Assembly: GCA_039809865.1 (NCBI GenBank)
Contig: JBDHVW010000011.1
Span: forward strand, 31,470 to 95,469
DNA: 64,000 nucleotides
Direction of reading: 5' to 3'
Origin: Vulcanimicrobiota bacterium
GTDB taxonomy: Bacteria; Vulcanimicrobiota; Xenobia; Xenobiales; QWHO01
In this document: positions 27,401-35,521 of the stretch, one piece after another
Position numbering within the stretch: position 1 is the stretch's first letter
Layout: every line of letters begins with the position of its first letter
Translations under genes and position numbers: made by a program
Notes under the pieces: generated by a model
Database searches by the model: none
The model's input: the letters and a program-made list of their open reading frames with translations, nothing else
Told to the model about the DNA's origin: nothing

Positions 27401-28986
27401 CGGGGGGTCATCTCTTCATCCTGCGCGGCGACCTGAAGAGGCTGCAGTGCGATGCGTGGCTGCTCCCCGCGGGACGCTCGCTGCGGGTGGAGGACTACTG
27501 GCTGGACGCGCTTCCCTGGGCGGCGCGGGACGAACGCGGCCGGCTGGCGCTCGACAGCGTGCCGACCGCCTGGACCGAAGGTCATCTGCGCACTTTCCCG
27601 GTTGCGCGCGAGCCCCTGCCGGGCGAGGGTTGGCCGTGGCTCACCAATGTAGGCTACCGCGGCGAGCGCCACCGCCACGAAGGGATGACGCAGGGGATGG
27701 TCCAGTGGTTCACCGACGGCTTGCTGGCTTTTGTCAACGGCTGGCTGGCCGCGCCCACGCCACGCCGCACCGACCGCCCTCTGCCGCTCCTGGCCGTGCC
27801 GCTGGTCGGCACGGGACGGGGCGGGGGTCAGGCCTTCGAAGGCACGCTGGTCCACAGTCACGTGGCCGCGCTGCTCGAGCTGGTCCAAAGCCGGCCGGTG
27901 GACGTCGCGCTGGTCACCTACAGCGAGCAGGCCTTCACCGCCGCTCAAGAAGCCCGCAAAACCCTGTTGCGTCGCTCGGGCGATGGCTGGCCGCTGGCGC
28001 CCGACCAGCTTCTGCTGGCCACCGAGCTGGCCGAGAAGGCCATGCGGGGGGACCTGGTGCTGTTCCTGGGCGCCGGCGTCAGTCGCGGGGCCGGTTTGCC
28101 CGATTGGCAGGGTCTCTTGCGCGAGTTGATGGAGCAGGCGGGGATGTCGGCCCACGAGGCCAGTGCCACAGCCGACCTGAGCGTGCTGGACCAGGCGCGC
28201 ATCGTGCAGCGCCGATTGAAACGCCAGGGTCGCGAGCTGGGCTCCGCTCTGGTGGAGCGGTTCGGCGTGGAGCAGTATGGCCTGGTGCACGGCCAGCTGG
28301 CTTCGTTGAGCGTGCGCGAGACGGTGACCACCAATTATGATCCGCTCTTCGAGACGGCTTCGCGGGCCTGCGGCCACGAGGTGGCAGTGCTCCCCTACAG
28401 TCCCGTCTCGGGCTGCACGCGCTGGCTCTTGAAGCTGCACGGCTGCGTGCACCATCCCGAGGATATCGTCCTCACCCGCGAGGACTACCTGCGCTATTCC
28501 AACAACCGCGCGGCCCTGGCCGGGATCGTGCAGACCCTGTTGCTCACCAAGCACATGCTGTTCGTGGGCTTCAGCCTGCAAGACGACAACTTTCTGCGCA
28601 TCGTCGACGACGTCCGCAGGGCGCTGCGGCGGACCCCGACCGAGGAGTCGTTTGGCACCGCGCTGCTGCTGCGTTGCGATCCCATCTTGCGCGAGCTCTG
28701 GGAAGGCGAGTTGGAGCTGGCCAGCCTGGGCGAGTTGGACGAGGAGCACGGCCTGGTGGCGCGCCGCCTGGAGATCTTCCTGGACTTCCTGCTGTCGCAG
28801 GCCACCTCGCACACCGCCTACCTGCTGCGCCCCAACTTCGAGGGCGCCCTGACACCCTCGGAGCAGGCACTGCGCAAAGCCTTGCTGGAGTGGCTCGAGG
28901 AGCTGCCCGAAAAGGCCCGGGAGGCGCCCGCCTTCGAGCAGTTGGAGCGAGCTCTGGAAAGGCTCGGTTATCGTCCCGACAGGTGA
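27391..28986 (+). CDS. Macro-like N-terminal domain fused to a SIR2_2 (defence-type sirtuin-like NADase) domain
   Basis: N-terminus: 'LFILRGDLKRLQCDAWLLPAG' (compare macro GDIT...DAIVNAAN), 'LAVPLVGTGRGGG' (compare IAFPAISTGxxG) and a terminal 'VDVALVTYSE' strand. C-terminal half carries SIR2_2 signatures 'LFLGAGVSRGAGLPDWQGL', 'TTNYDPLFE', 'KLHGCVHHPEDIVLTREDY' and 'LFVGFSLQDDNF'. GTG start, translationally coupled to the upstream kinase. Confidence 0.75.
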   Translation: MALTGGHLFILRGDLKRLQCDAWLLPAGRSLRVEDYWLDALPWAARDERGRLALDSVPTAWTEGHLRTFPVAREPLPGEGWPWLTNVGYRGERHRHEGMTQGMVQWFTDGLLAFVNGWLAAPTPRRTDRPLPLLAVPLVGTGRGGGQAFEGTLVHSHVAALLELVQSRPVDVALVTYSEQAFTAAQEARKTLLRRSGDGWPLAPDQLLLATELAEKAMRGDLVLFLGAGVSRGAGLPDWQGLLRELMEQAGMSAHEASATADLSVLDQARIVQRRLKRQGRELGSALVERFGVEQYGLVHGQLASLSVRETVTTNYDPLFETASRACGHEVAVLPYSPVSGCTRWLLKLHGCVHHPEDIVLTREDYLRYSNNRAALAGIVQTLLLTKHMLFVGFSLQDDNFLRIVDDVRRALRRTPTEESFGTALLLRCDPILRELWEGELELASLGELDEEHGLVARRLEIFLDFLLSQATSHTAYLLRPNFEGALTPSEQALRKALLEWLEELPEKAREAPAFEQLERALERLGYRPDR

Positions 28987-29609
28987 GCGCCGAACCAGTC
29001 CAGAGTTCGCCGCCAGCCGTCTTCCCAGTCTTTGGGGCGCATGAAGTGGTCTGATTTCGGGTACTCTCGATAGGTCTGACCGATGGCGCGAGTAAACTCG
29101 CGGGCCGGACCGGGCGGAACGTTGACGTCCTGACCCGCGTTCCAGGCGAAGAGGGCGACCCCCTGGTAGGCTTCCGGCTCGAGATGGGGGCTGTCATCGG
29201 AGTCCGGCCAGACAGGCGACCCGAGAATCGGCACCACCGCCCGTACCCGGCGGGTGGCCCGAGGCGCCGCGAAGGCGATGTAGCCGCCCATCGAGATGCC
29301 CGTGACCCCGAAAGGCCCGGTATCCTCCATCTGGCTGAGCCGCTCGATGAGCATCGGCAGCTCGGCCACGGTTGGCCGGACCAGCTCCAAGAAGCCCTGA
29401 CCCTCGGTCTTTCTCTCGCCGTGACCATGGGCGTCGACACCGATGGCCAGGAAGCCGCGCTCGGCGATCTGGGTCAGCTCCTTGCGGTGGGTGGACTTGT
29501 CGGCTTTGAGTCCGTGGTAGAGAAGAACCGTGCCGGGATAAGGGCCATGCGGCTGCTCGGCCATGGCCAGCAGCGGGACCGCGTCGAGGAAGAAGCTGCG
29601 TGTGAACAT
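28968..29609 (-). CDS. Alpha/beta hydrolase (dienelactone-hydrolase/carboxylesterase-like)
   Basis: 'VLLYHG', nucleophile elbow 'GISMGG', and later Asp/His-containing segments. Convergent with the SIR2 gene, with 3' ends overlapping. Confidence 0.65.
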   Translation of the reverse strand: MFTRSFFLDAVPLLAMAEQPHGPYPGTVLLYHGLKADKSTHRKELTQIAERGFLAIGVDAHGHGERKTEGQGFLELVRPTVAELPMLIERLSQMEDTGPFGVTGISMGGYIAFAAPRATRRVRAVVPILGSPVWPDSDDSPHLEPEAYQGVALFAWNAGQDVNVPPGPAREFTRAIGQTYREYPKSDHFMRPKDWEDGWRRTLDWFGAHLSGR

Positions 29610-29659
29610 CGGAGCTTACTGTAACAGGGCGTTTACAAATTCCTATCGCCGCAGCGTGT

Positions 29660-30130
29660 ATGAAGGGTTCGATGATCACCAGCGTCGCCACTCCCCGCCT
29701 GGCCTTTCCGCGGCCTCCCGCCACCGTGCTGGTGGAGCCGCCGCCGGATGGCTATACGGGCAGCGTGGACAGCTATCGGGAGATCCGGCAGGCGATGGTG
29801 TTCGCGGCTGGACCCATCGCGGGGCTCATGCTGGGCGCCTACGCGGGCTTTGCCACCGGGGCGGGCGCCGGACTGTGCGGGGCGCTGGCGCTGGGCGCCG
29901 CCGGAGCAGCCGCGGGCTTCATGGCCGGGCAGTACAGCGATTTGCTGAACGGAATGGCCGGCCGCCACACGAACCACTACGCCTACGGGCTCATCGGAGG
30001 CGGCCTGGCGGGGCTGGCCGGCGGAGCCATCCTGGGCGCGTCTCTTTCCAGCCCCTGGCTGGCGGGCGGAATGGCCCTGGCTGGAGCGCTAGGGGGAACC
30101 TACTGGACGATGCTCGCGCTTGGCCACTAG
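29660..30130 (+). CDS. Glycine-zipper-rich membrane protein (similar in character to the CDS at 15244..15639)
   Basis: Long GxxxG/AxxxG-rich hydrophobic C-terminal region. The start is uncertain (ATG at 29660 or 29672). Confidence 0.4.
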   Translation: MKGSMITSVATPRLAFPRPPATVLVEPPPDGYTGSVDSYREIRQAMVFAAGPIAGLMLGAYAGFATGAGAGLCGALALGAAGAAAGFMAGQYSDLLNGMAGRHTNHYAYGLIGGGLAGLAGGAILGASLSSPWLAGGMALAGALGGTYWTMLALGH

Positions 30131-30755
30131 ACTGCTATTGGCTCTCCTGATTCTGTGCCTTCCAGCATTGGCGGGCGATCCGTTCGGCGAGGGTGAGAAT
30201 TTCCCGCAGCCGCCCGCCCCCCGCGAGACTCCTCGGGCCGAACCCAGTTTCAAGACTCGTCTGTTGGAGCGGTCCGCCCGCGACCAGCAGGCTCGCCTGG
30301 AGTGGCTGAAGGATCAGAGCGACGCGGCACTGGGCGAGAAAGTCCAGCAAATCGACCGGGAGAACACCGACTGGCTGCGTACCTGGCTCGACGACGGGCA
30401 CGGCTGGCCCCGCATCTCCGAGATCGGCACGGACGGAGCGCGGGCGGCCTTCCTCATCGTGCAACACTCGCCCGACAAAGCTTTTCAGCGGCGTTGCCTG
30501 GACATGATGACGCCCCTGGTGAAACAGCAAGAAGTCCAGGCGGTCGACTGGGCCTACTTGCTGGATCGCGTGCGACTGGCCGAGGGCCAGAAGCAGGTTT
30601 TCGGGTCTCAGGTCACCATGGGACCCGACGGCAAGCTCCAGATCGCCCCGCTCGAGGATCCAGAACACGTCGATGCCCGTCGTGCCGAGCTTGGAATGCC
30701 ACCCCTGGACGAATATCTCAAGCTCGTAGAAGACATGTACCAGGAGCGACCCTGA
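30120..30755 (+). CDS. Secreted hypothetical protein
   Basis: Signal peptide 'LLLALLILCLPALAG'. Hydrophilic body with no recognised catalytic motif. Confidence 0.45.
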   Translation: MATRLLLALLILCLPALAGDPFGEGENFPQPPAPRETPRAEPSFKTRLLERSARDQQARLEWLKDQSDAALGEKVQQIDRENTDWLRTWLDDGHGWPRISEIGTDGARAAFLIVQHSPDKAFQRRCLDMMTPLVKQQEVQAVDWAYLLDRVRLAEGQKQVFGSQVTMGPDGKLQIAPLEDPEHVDARRAELGMPPLDEYLKLVEDMYQERP

Positions 30756-30976
30756 CCCCCCTTGCCGACTTCTTGACGGAGGAGTATACTCCAGTTCGAG
30801 GTAGTTCGATGTAACCGGCGCCACAAAAGAAAAAGGCGCCCGAGAAACCTCCCGCTCCGAAGTAGACGCACGACCCCGTCAGGAGCGAACGTCGGGCCAA
30901 CATAGCGCCCAGATATTTTTCCGCCGAAGAACCCTCTGGGTGCTCCTTTACCCTTAAGCTTGAAAGGAGTTCTGTC

Positions 30977-33025
30977 ATGGGTCTGGCCGAGTTCTTTATG
31001 CAACACTACTTTGCGATAGGTGTTGTGGTGTTCGGGCTCTGGTTCGTCTTCAACTTTATCATCCGGATCATTCCCAACAACCGGGTAGGACTGGTGGAGC
31101 GTATCTGGAGCACGGGTAACCTGCGGGCCGGTCTCGTAGCCCTCAATGGCGAGGCTGGTTTCCAGCCGGACCTCCTGCGCGGTGGCGTGCACCTCTTGGT
31201 GCCGACCCGCGACCGGGTCCACATCACCACCCTGGTCACCATTCCGTCGGGAAAGATGGGCTACGTTTTCGCCCGTGACGGCCAGCCACTCGAGCCGACC
31301 CAGACTCTGGCCAAGCTCGTGGAGTGCCAACAGTTCGAAGACGTGCGCGCCTTCCTCTCCAATGGGGGCCAGCGCGGTCCGCAGCGCGCCATTCTGCGTG
31401 AAGGAACCTACGCCATCAACCTGGCTCAGTTCGTGGTCATCACCGAAGACACGTTGTACTACCACGCGCTGCGCCGGGAGGAAGAAGAGATCTTCCAGCG
31501 CATGGCGGCTCAAATCTCGGAGCGCAACGGCTTCAAGCCGGTGCTGATTACCGACGACACGCTGGGCGTGGTCACGGTTCACGACGGGCAGTCGCTCGAG
31601 CAGGGCGAGATCATCGCGCCCGACGTGGGCAACAGCCACAACAGCTTCCAGAATCCGGACCTCTTCTTGAAAGCCGGCGGTAAGCGCGGTCGCCAGCTGC
31701 CGGTGCTCACGGAGGGCACCTACTACATCAATCGCTTGTTCTGCACCGTGGAGCCGATTCCGAAGACCGTGGTCGAGGTCGGTACCGTGGGCGTGGTGGT
31801 CTCCTATACCGGTGACAAGGGCGCCGATCGCTCCGGCGAAACCTACCGTCACGGCGAGCTGGTCAACGAAGGCCATCGCGGTGTCTGGGAAAACGTCCTC
31901 AAGCCGGGTAAGTACGCCATCAACCTGTTCGCGATGAAAGTGATCATGGTTCCGACCACCAACTTCATCCTGAAGTGGGTGCGTCGTGAGGCCGGTGCTC
32001 ACAAGTTCGACGAGAACCTGTCCGAGGTCTCCCTCATCACCAAGGACGCGTTCGAGCCCTCGTTGCCTCTGAGCGTGGTGGTCCACATCGACTACCAGAA
32101 GGCTCCCCGAGTCATTCAGCGCTTCGGCGACATCAAGCGGCTGGTCGAGCAGACGCTCGACCCGATGGTCAGCGCCTACTTCAAGAACGTCGGTCAGACC
32201 CGCACTCTGATTCAGCTCTTGCAGCAACGCGCCGACATTCAGCGGATCGCTTCCACCGAGATGAAGGAGAAGTTCGTCCACTACGACCTCGAGTTGGAGG
32301 AGGTGCTCATCGGCACGCCGGCGTCGTCGGAAGGCGACACGCGGATCGAGGACATCCTCACCCAGCTGCGGATGCGGCAGATCGCCGAGGAGCAGATCGT
32401 GACCTACGACCAGCAGGAAAAGGCTGCGGTCAAGGAGCGCGACCTTCGCGAGGCTCAGGCCCGCGCGGTCCAGCAGCAGAAAATTACCGAGTCCGAGCTG
32501 GCCATCCAGGTCCAGACCAACGAAGGTAAGGCGCAGCACCAGCGCGCCCTGCAGCAGGCCGAGCAGATCAAGGCCCTGGCTGAAGCGGAAGCTTCCAAGG
32601 CCCGTTCGCTGGCCCAGGCCCAGGCCGATTCCAACCGGATGCTGGCCGAGGCCGAAGCCGCCCGTATCCGCACGGTCGGTGAGGCCGAGGCCGACAAGGC
32701 GGCCCGCGTAGGCGTGGCCGAGTCCATCGCCATCGAGGAGCAAGTCCGCGCTTACGGTGGCCCGAAGTTCCAGCTGACGCAGCAGGTGATGAACCGGTTT
32801 GCCGAGGCGGTCGAGCGCTCGGGTGTGGACCTGGTGCCCCGCATCGTGATGGGCGGCGACAAAGCCGGAAGCGGCAATGCCATCGAAGCCCTGATGGCGA
32901 TGATGCTCAATGAGCGCTTCGGCGACAGCGAGCTCAGCAAATCAACCGCGCCCCGCGACGCTCGCGTCGAGGCGATGCGGAAAGAGCTGAGCGAGCAAGC
33001 GGCCAACGGCAAGCCGGTCGCGTAG
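30977..33025 (+). CDS. Flotillin-family SPFH (band 7) domain protein
   Basis: AAAGGAG RBS. N-terminal TM helix, SPFH domain, and a long Ala/Glu/Gln-rich 'EA-repeat' coiled-coil (AEAEAARIRTVGEAEADKAARVG...) typical of flotillin/YqiK. Confidence 0.85.
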   Translation: MGLAEFFMQHYFAIGVVVFGLWFVFNFIIRIIPNNRVGLVERIWSTGNLRAGLVALNGEAGFQPDLLRGGVHLLVPTRDRVHITTLVTIPSGKMGYVFARDGQPLEPTQTLAKLVECQQFEDVRAFLSNGGQRGPQRAILREGTYAINLAQFVVITEDTLYYHALRREEEEIFQRMAAQISERNGFKPVLITDDTLGVVTVHDGQSLEQGEIIAPDVGNSHNSFQNPDLFLKAGGKRGRQLPVLTEGTYYINRLFCTVEPIPKTVVEVGTVGVVVSYTGDKGADRSGETYRHGELVNEGHRGVWENVLKPGKYAINLFAMKVIMVPTTNFILKWVRREAGAHKFDENLSEVSLITKDAFEPSLPLSVVVHIDYQKAPRVIQRFGDIKRLVEQTLDPMVSAYFKNVGQTRTLIQLLQQRADIQRIASTEMKEKFVHYDLELEEVLIGTPASSEGDTRIEDILTQLRMRQIAEEQIVTYDQQEKAAVKERDLREAQARAVQQQKITESELAIQVQTNEGKAQHQRALQQAEQIKALAEAEASKARSLAQAQADSNRMLAEAEAARIRTVGEAEADKAARVGVAESIAIEEQVRAYGGPKFQLTQQVMNRFAEAVERSGVDLVPRIVMGGDKAGSGNAIEALMAMMLNERFGDSELSKSTAPRDARVEAMRKELSEQAANGKPVA

Positions 33026-33065
33026 AATCGGGGCCCACCTCCGAGACGGGGGTGGGCCTTCTTCT

Positions 33066-33848
33066 ATGGATGAGACCATTCTCAGACTCACGGGACATAA
33101 AGCCGCCGTCCGGTCGCTGGCGTTCGACGATTCCGGCCGGCTGGTCAGCGGTTGCGAAGGGGGGCGGGTCATCGTGCAGGGCGGCCCCACCTGGGAGTGC
33201 GGCTCCTACATCATGGCCCTGGCCGCCTGCGGGCAGCACCTGGCGATCGGGCTGATGGACGGGCGCGTCGAGTTGAGACGGCAGCTGTCCCCGATCCTGT
33301 CGCTGCGCAACTCGACGGGCTGTATGGCGGTGGCCCTCTCCGAGCGCTGGCTGGCCGCCGGCTTCCAGGACGGCACGGTCGAGATCGTGGCGTTACACAA
33401 CCTCGAGCTCCGGCCCGGGTTTCGTTTGAAAGGCCACGTCACCGGCCTGGCCTTCCTGGCCGACGGCACTCTGGCCGCCTGCTCGCCCGCTCAGGATGGA
33501 GTGCAGCTCTGGCGCCAGGATGAAGAGGAGTGCTGCGGGTATCTCGACCTGGGGCCCCGGCGCTGTCTCGCGCCGCTGCCCGCCGGCGGGCTGGCGGCAT
33601 CCCTCGTCTGCGAAGTCGATTTCTGGCCCGCCGCGCCTCAGAAGATGGCCTCCAGCCCCATCCGGGCGCTGGCCGCCAACCCGCGGTGGGTCGCCGGAGG
33701 CTGTCTGAACGGCACGCTGCAGCTCTGGTCTCCGGAGGGGGATAGGGCTCTGACCGCCCACGGCGCCGAGATTCTCAGCCTCGCCTTCCAGGGCGACAGG
33801 CTGGCCAGCGGCGCTCTGGACGGCAGCCTGCACCTGCAGACCGTGTGA
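33066..33848 (+). CDS. WD40-like beta-propeller repeat protein
   Basis: Repeated 'GH...V.SLAF..DG..LASG..DG.V.LW' units. Confidence 0.6.
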   Translation: MDETILRLTGHKAAVRSLAFDDSGRLVSGCEGGRVIVQGGPTWECGSYIMALAACGQHLAIGLMDGRVELRRQLSPILSLRNSTGCMAVALSERWLAAGFQDGTVEIVALHNLELRPGFRLKGHVTGLAFLADGTLAACSPAQDGVQLWRQDEEECCGYLDLGPRRCLAPLPAGGLAASLVCEVDFWPAAPQKMASSPIRALAANPRWVAGGCLNGTLQLWSPEGDRALTAHGAEILSLAFQGDRLASGALDGSLHLQTV

Positions 33849-33919
33849 GTTTACACTTTCGCAACAAATACCGGGACGAAATTTACCGGCAATTCACTTC
33901 TGAAAGCTAAGCTGGCGTC

Positions 33920-35521
33920 ATGCAAACGAACAGCGTTCTCCTGGCCGCGACGACCCATTCCACGCGCCCGATGGCCAGTGCGGCTCCGGCGGTGCGAGAG
34001 ACGCCCGTCGCCGAGCCCGGCGAGAAGCTCACGCTGGGAGGTACGCCGGCTCCCGTTCCCACGCAGGCGGCCCAGGAGCCCGCGGCGAGGCCGAATTCGC
34101 TCCATGTGGCCATGCAGATCTCTCGGGCCACGCTGCCGACCCTGGCGGGTTGCACGCTCGCGCTCGTGAAGGAGAGCGAGGTCAAAAAGGGACAGTGGGT
34201 CGGCCACACGGCCGTGGCATTTCCGGAAATCAAGCACGCCGACATCGATCCCCTGGGTCGCGGAAAGGTCCTGACCCAGCTTCCCATGACCGATTGGGCC
34301 AAGGACCTCGCTCGCGATCCCTCCCTGACCAGCCACCTGGCCCAGCATCCCGATCAGTTCAACTATCTGACCCATCAGGGGGCCATCACGACCGGCCAGA
34401 CGCTGAGCGAGGCTCTCTCCGTGGTCCGGAAAGACGGGACGACTCCCGCCCAACTCGACCTGGCCATTCAGGTCCCTAGCGGCGTCTCGCTCGACGACCT
34501 GACGCTGGCTTTCATCCCGACCGCCGAGCTCGACGGTCGGGAGTGGCGTCGCGAGCCCGGGACCATCGCAGTGGCCCCCCAGATAAGCGCCTTCGAGACC
34601 AGCGGGTCCGGACTCTACGCGCCCCTGACCGACGCCAGCAACCCGGTGGCGGAACGGGCGAACTTCCAGGAGATCATGCCGAAGGTCATGCTTCACGCGG
34701 ACGCGGAGCAGCAGGCGGAGTGGGTGTTCAAGAACTCCGATGCGGCCGCTTTGCTGACCTCCCGCGGTTTCGACGTGGCCTCGGCCACGCGGGCGTTGCT
34801 CGAGTTTCCCCCTGACCGACGGCAGAAACTCACTCCCGAGCAGGTGGCTGACCCGGCGGTGCGCCAGAAGGCCGGCGCCAGCGAGCTGATTCTGGCCGTT
34901 CTGAGCGAGCACCACGCCGAGAACAAGCTGGGCAAACCGAAGGCCGACCAGGTTCGAGAGCTCCTCTCGAAAGAGGATTACGGGGCGCTGAGTCTCCCCA
35001 ACGGGTCGATCAAGCCCGAGTTGGAGCCGATGAGCCTGGCGGTGCAGTCGCGCCGCAATGCCGAGGCGCTGCTGACGGGCGGTTCCGGACCGGACCTCAA
35101 CCTGGCTTCGGTGGAATGGATGGCGAGCAACTTGCAGCTGCCGCCCGAGGGGTCGGTCGCCGCCAGGCTGGGCCTGAACCAGAGTGGATTCTTCTGGTCC
35201 GGCGATCCCTCTCGAGCGACCCTGGGAGCCACCGCCGAGCGGGTGGATTCGTTAGCTTCCCAGCAGACGGTCCGCAAATGGCGGAACATCGGGCTGAACG
35301 TGGCCGCAGCTGCCCTCGACGTGGCCCTGTGGGCTCATGGGTATCCCGTGGGGGCCATGCTCACTGGACTCGTCCTGAACGGCGCCTTCACCCGCCTGTC
35401 CATCTGGAATCATCAGGACTCGGCGAGGCGTCGGGAGGCCGCCGGGGCCCTGCGCCAGTTGGACGAGGTGGCCAAACAGGGCGACCTGGCCCTGGCGCGC
35501 CACCTGCAGACCGCCAGCTAG
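33920..35521 (+). CDS. Hypothetical protein (533 aa)
   Basis: Long ORF with a coherent, non-repetitive composition. No catalytic motif recognised. Confidence 0.45.
   Translation: MQTNSVLLAATTHSTRPMASAAPAVRETPVAEPGEKLTLGGTPAPVPTQAAQEPAARPNSLHVAMQISRATLPTLAGCTLALVKESEVKKGQWVGHTAVAFPEIKHADIDPLGRGKVLTQLPMTDWAKDLARDPSLTSHLAQHPDQFNYLTHQGAITTGQTLSEALSVVRKDGTTPAQLDLAIQVPSGVSLDDLTLAFIPTAELDGREWRREPGTIAVAPQISAFETSGSGLYAPLTDASNPVAERANFQEIMPKVMLHADAEQQAEWVFKNSDAAALLTSRGFDVASATRALLEFPPDRRQKLTPEQVADPAVRQKAGASELILAVLSEHHAENKLGKPKADQVRELLSKEDYGALSLPNGSIKPELEPMSLAVQSRRNAEALLTGGSGPDLNLASVEWMASNLQLPPEGSVAARLGLNQSGFFWSGDPSRATLGATAERVDSLASQQTVRKWRNIGLNVAAAALDVALWAHGYPVGAMLTGLVLNGAFTRLSIWNHQDSARRREAAGALRQLDEVAKQGDLALARHLQTAS

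Noticed and set aside
27244-28812. 522-aa reverse ORF opposite the macro-SIR2 gene
   Set aside because: Antisense frame. The plus-strand frame carries the full set of ordered SIR2_2 motifs.
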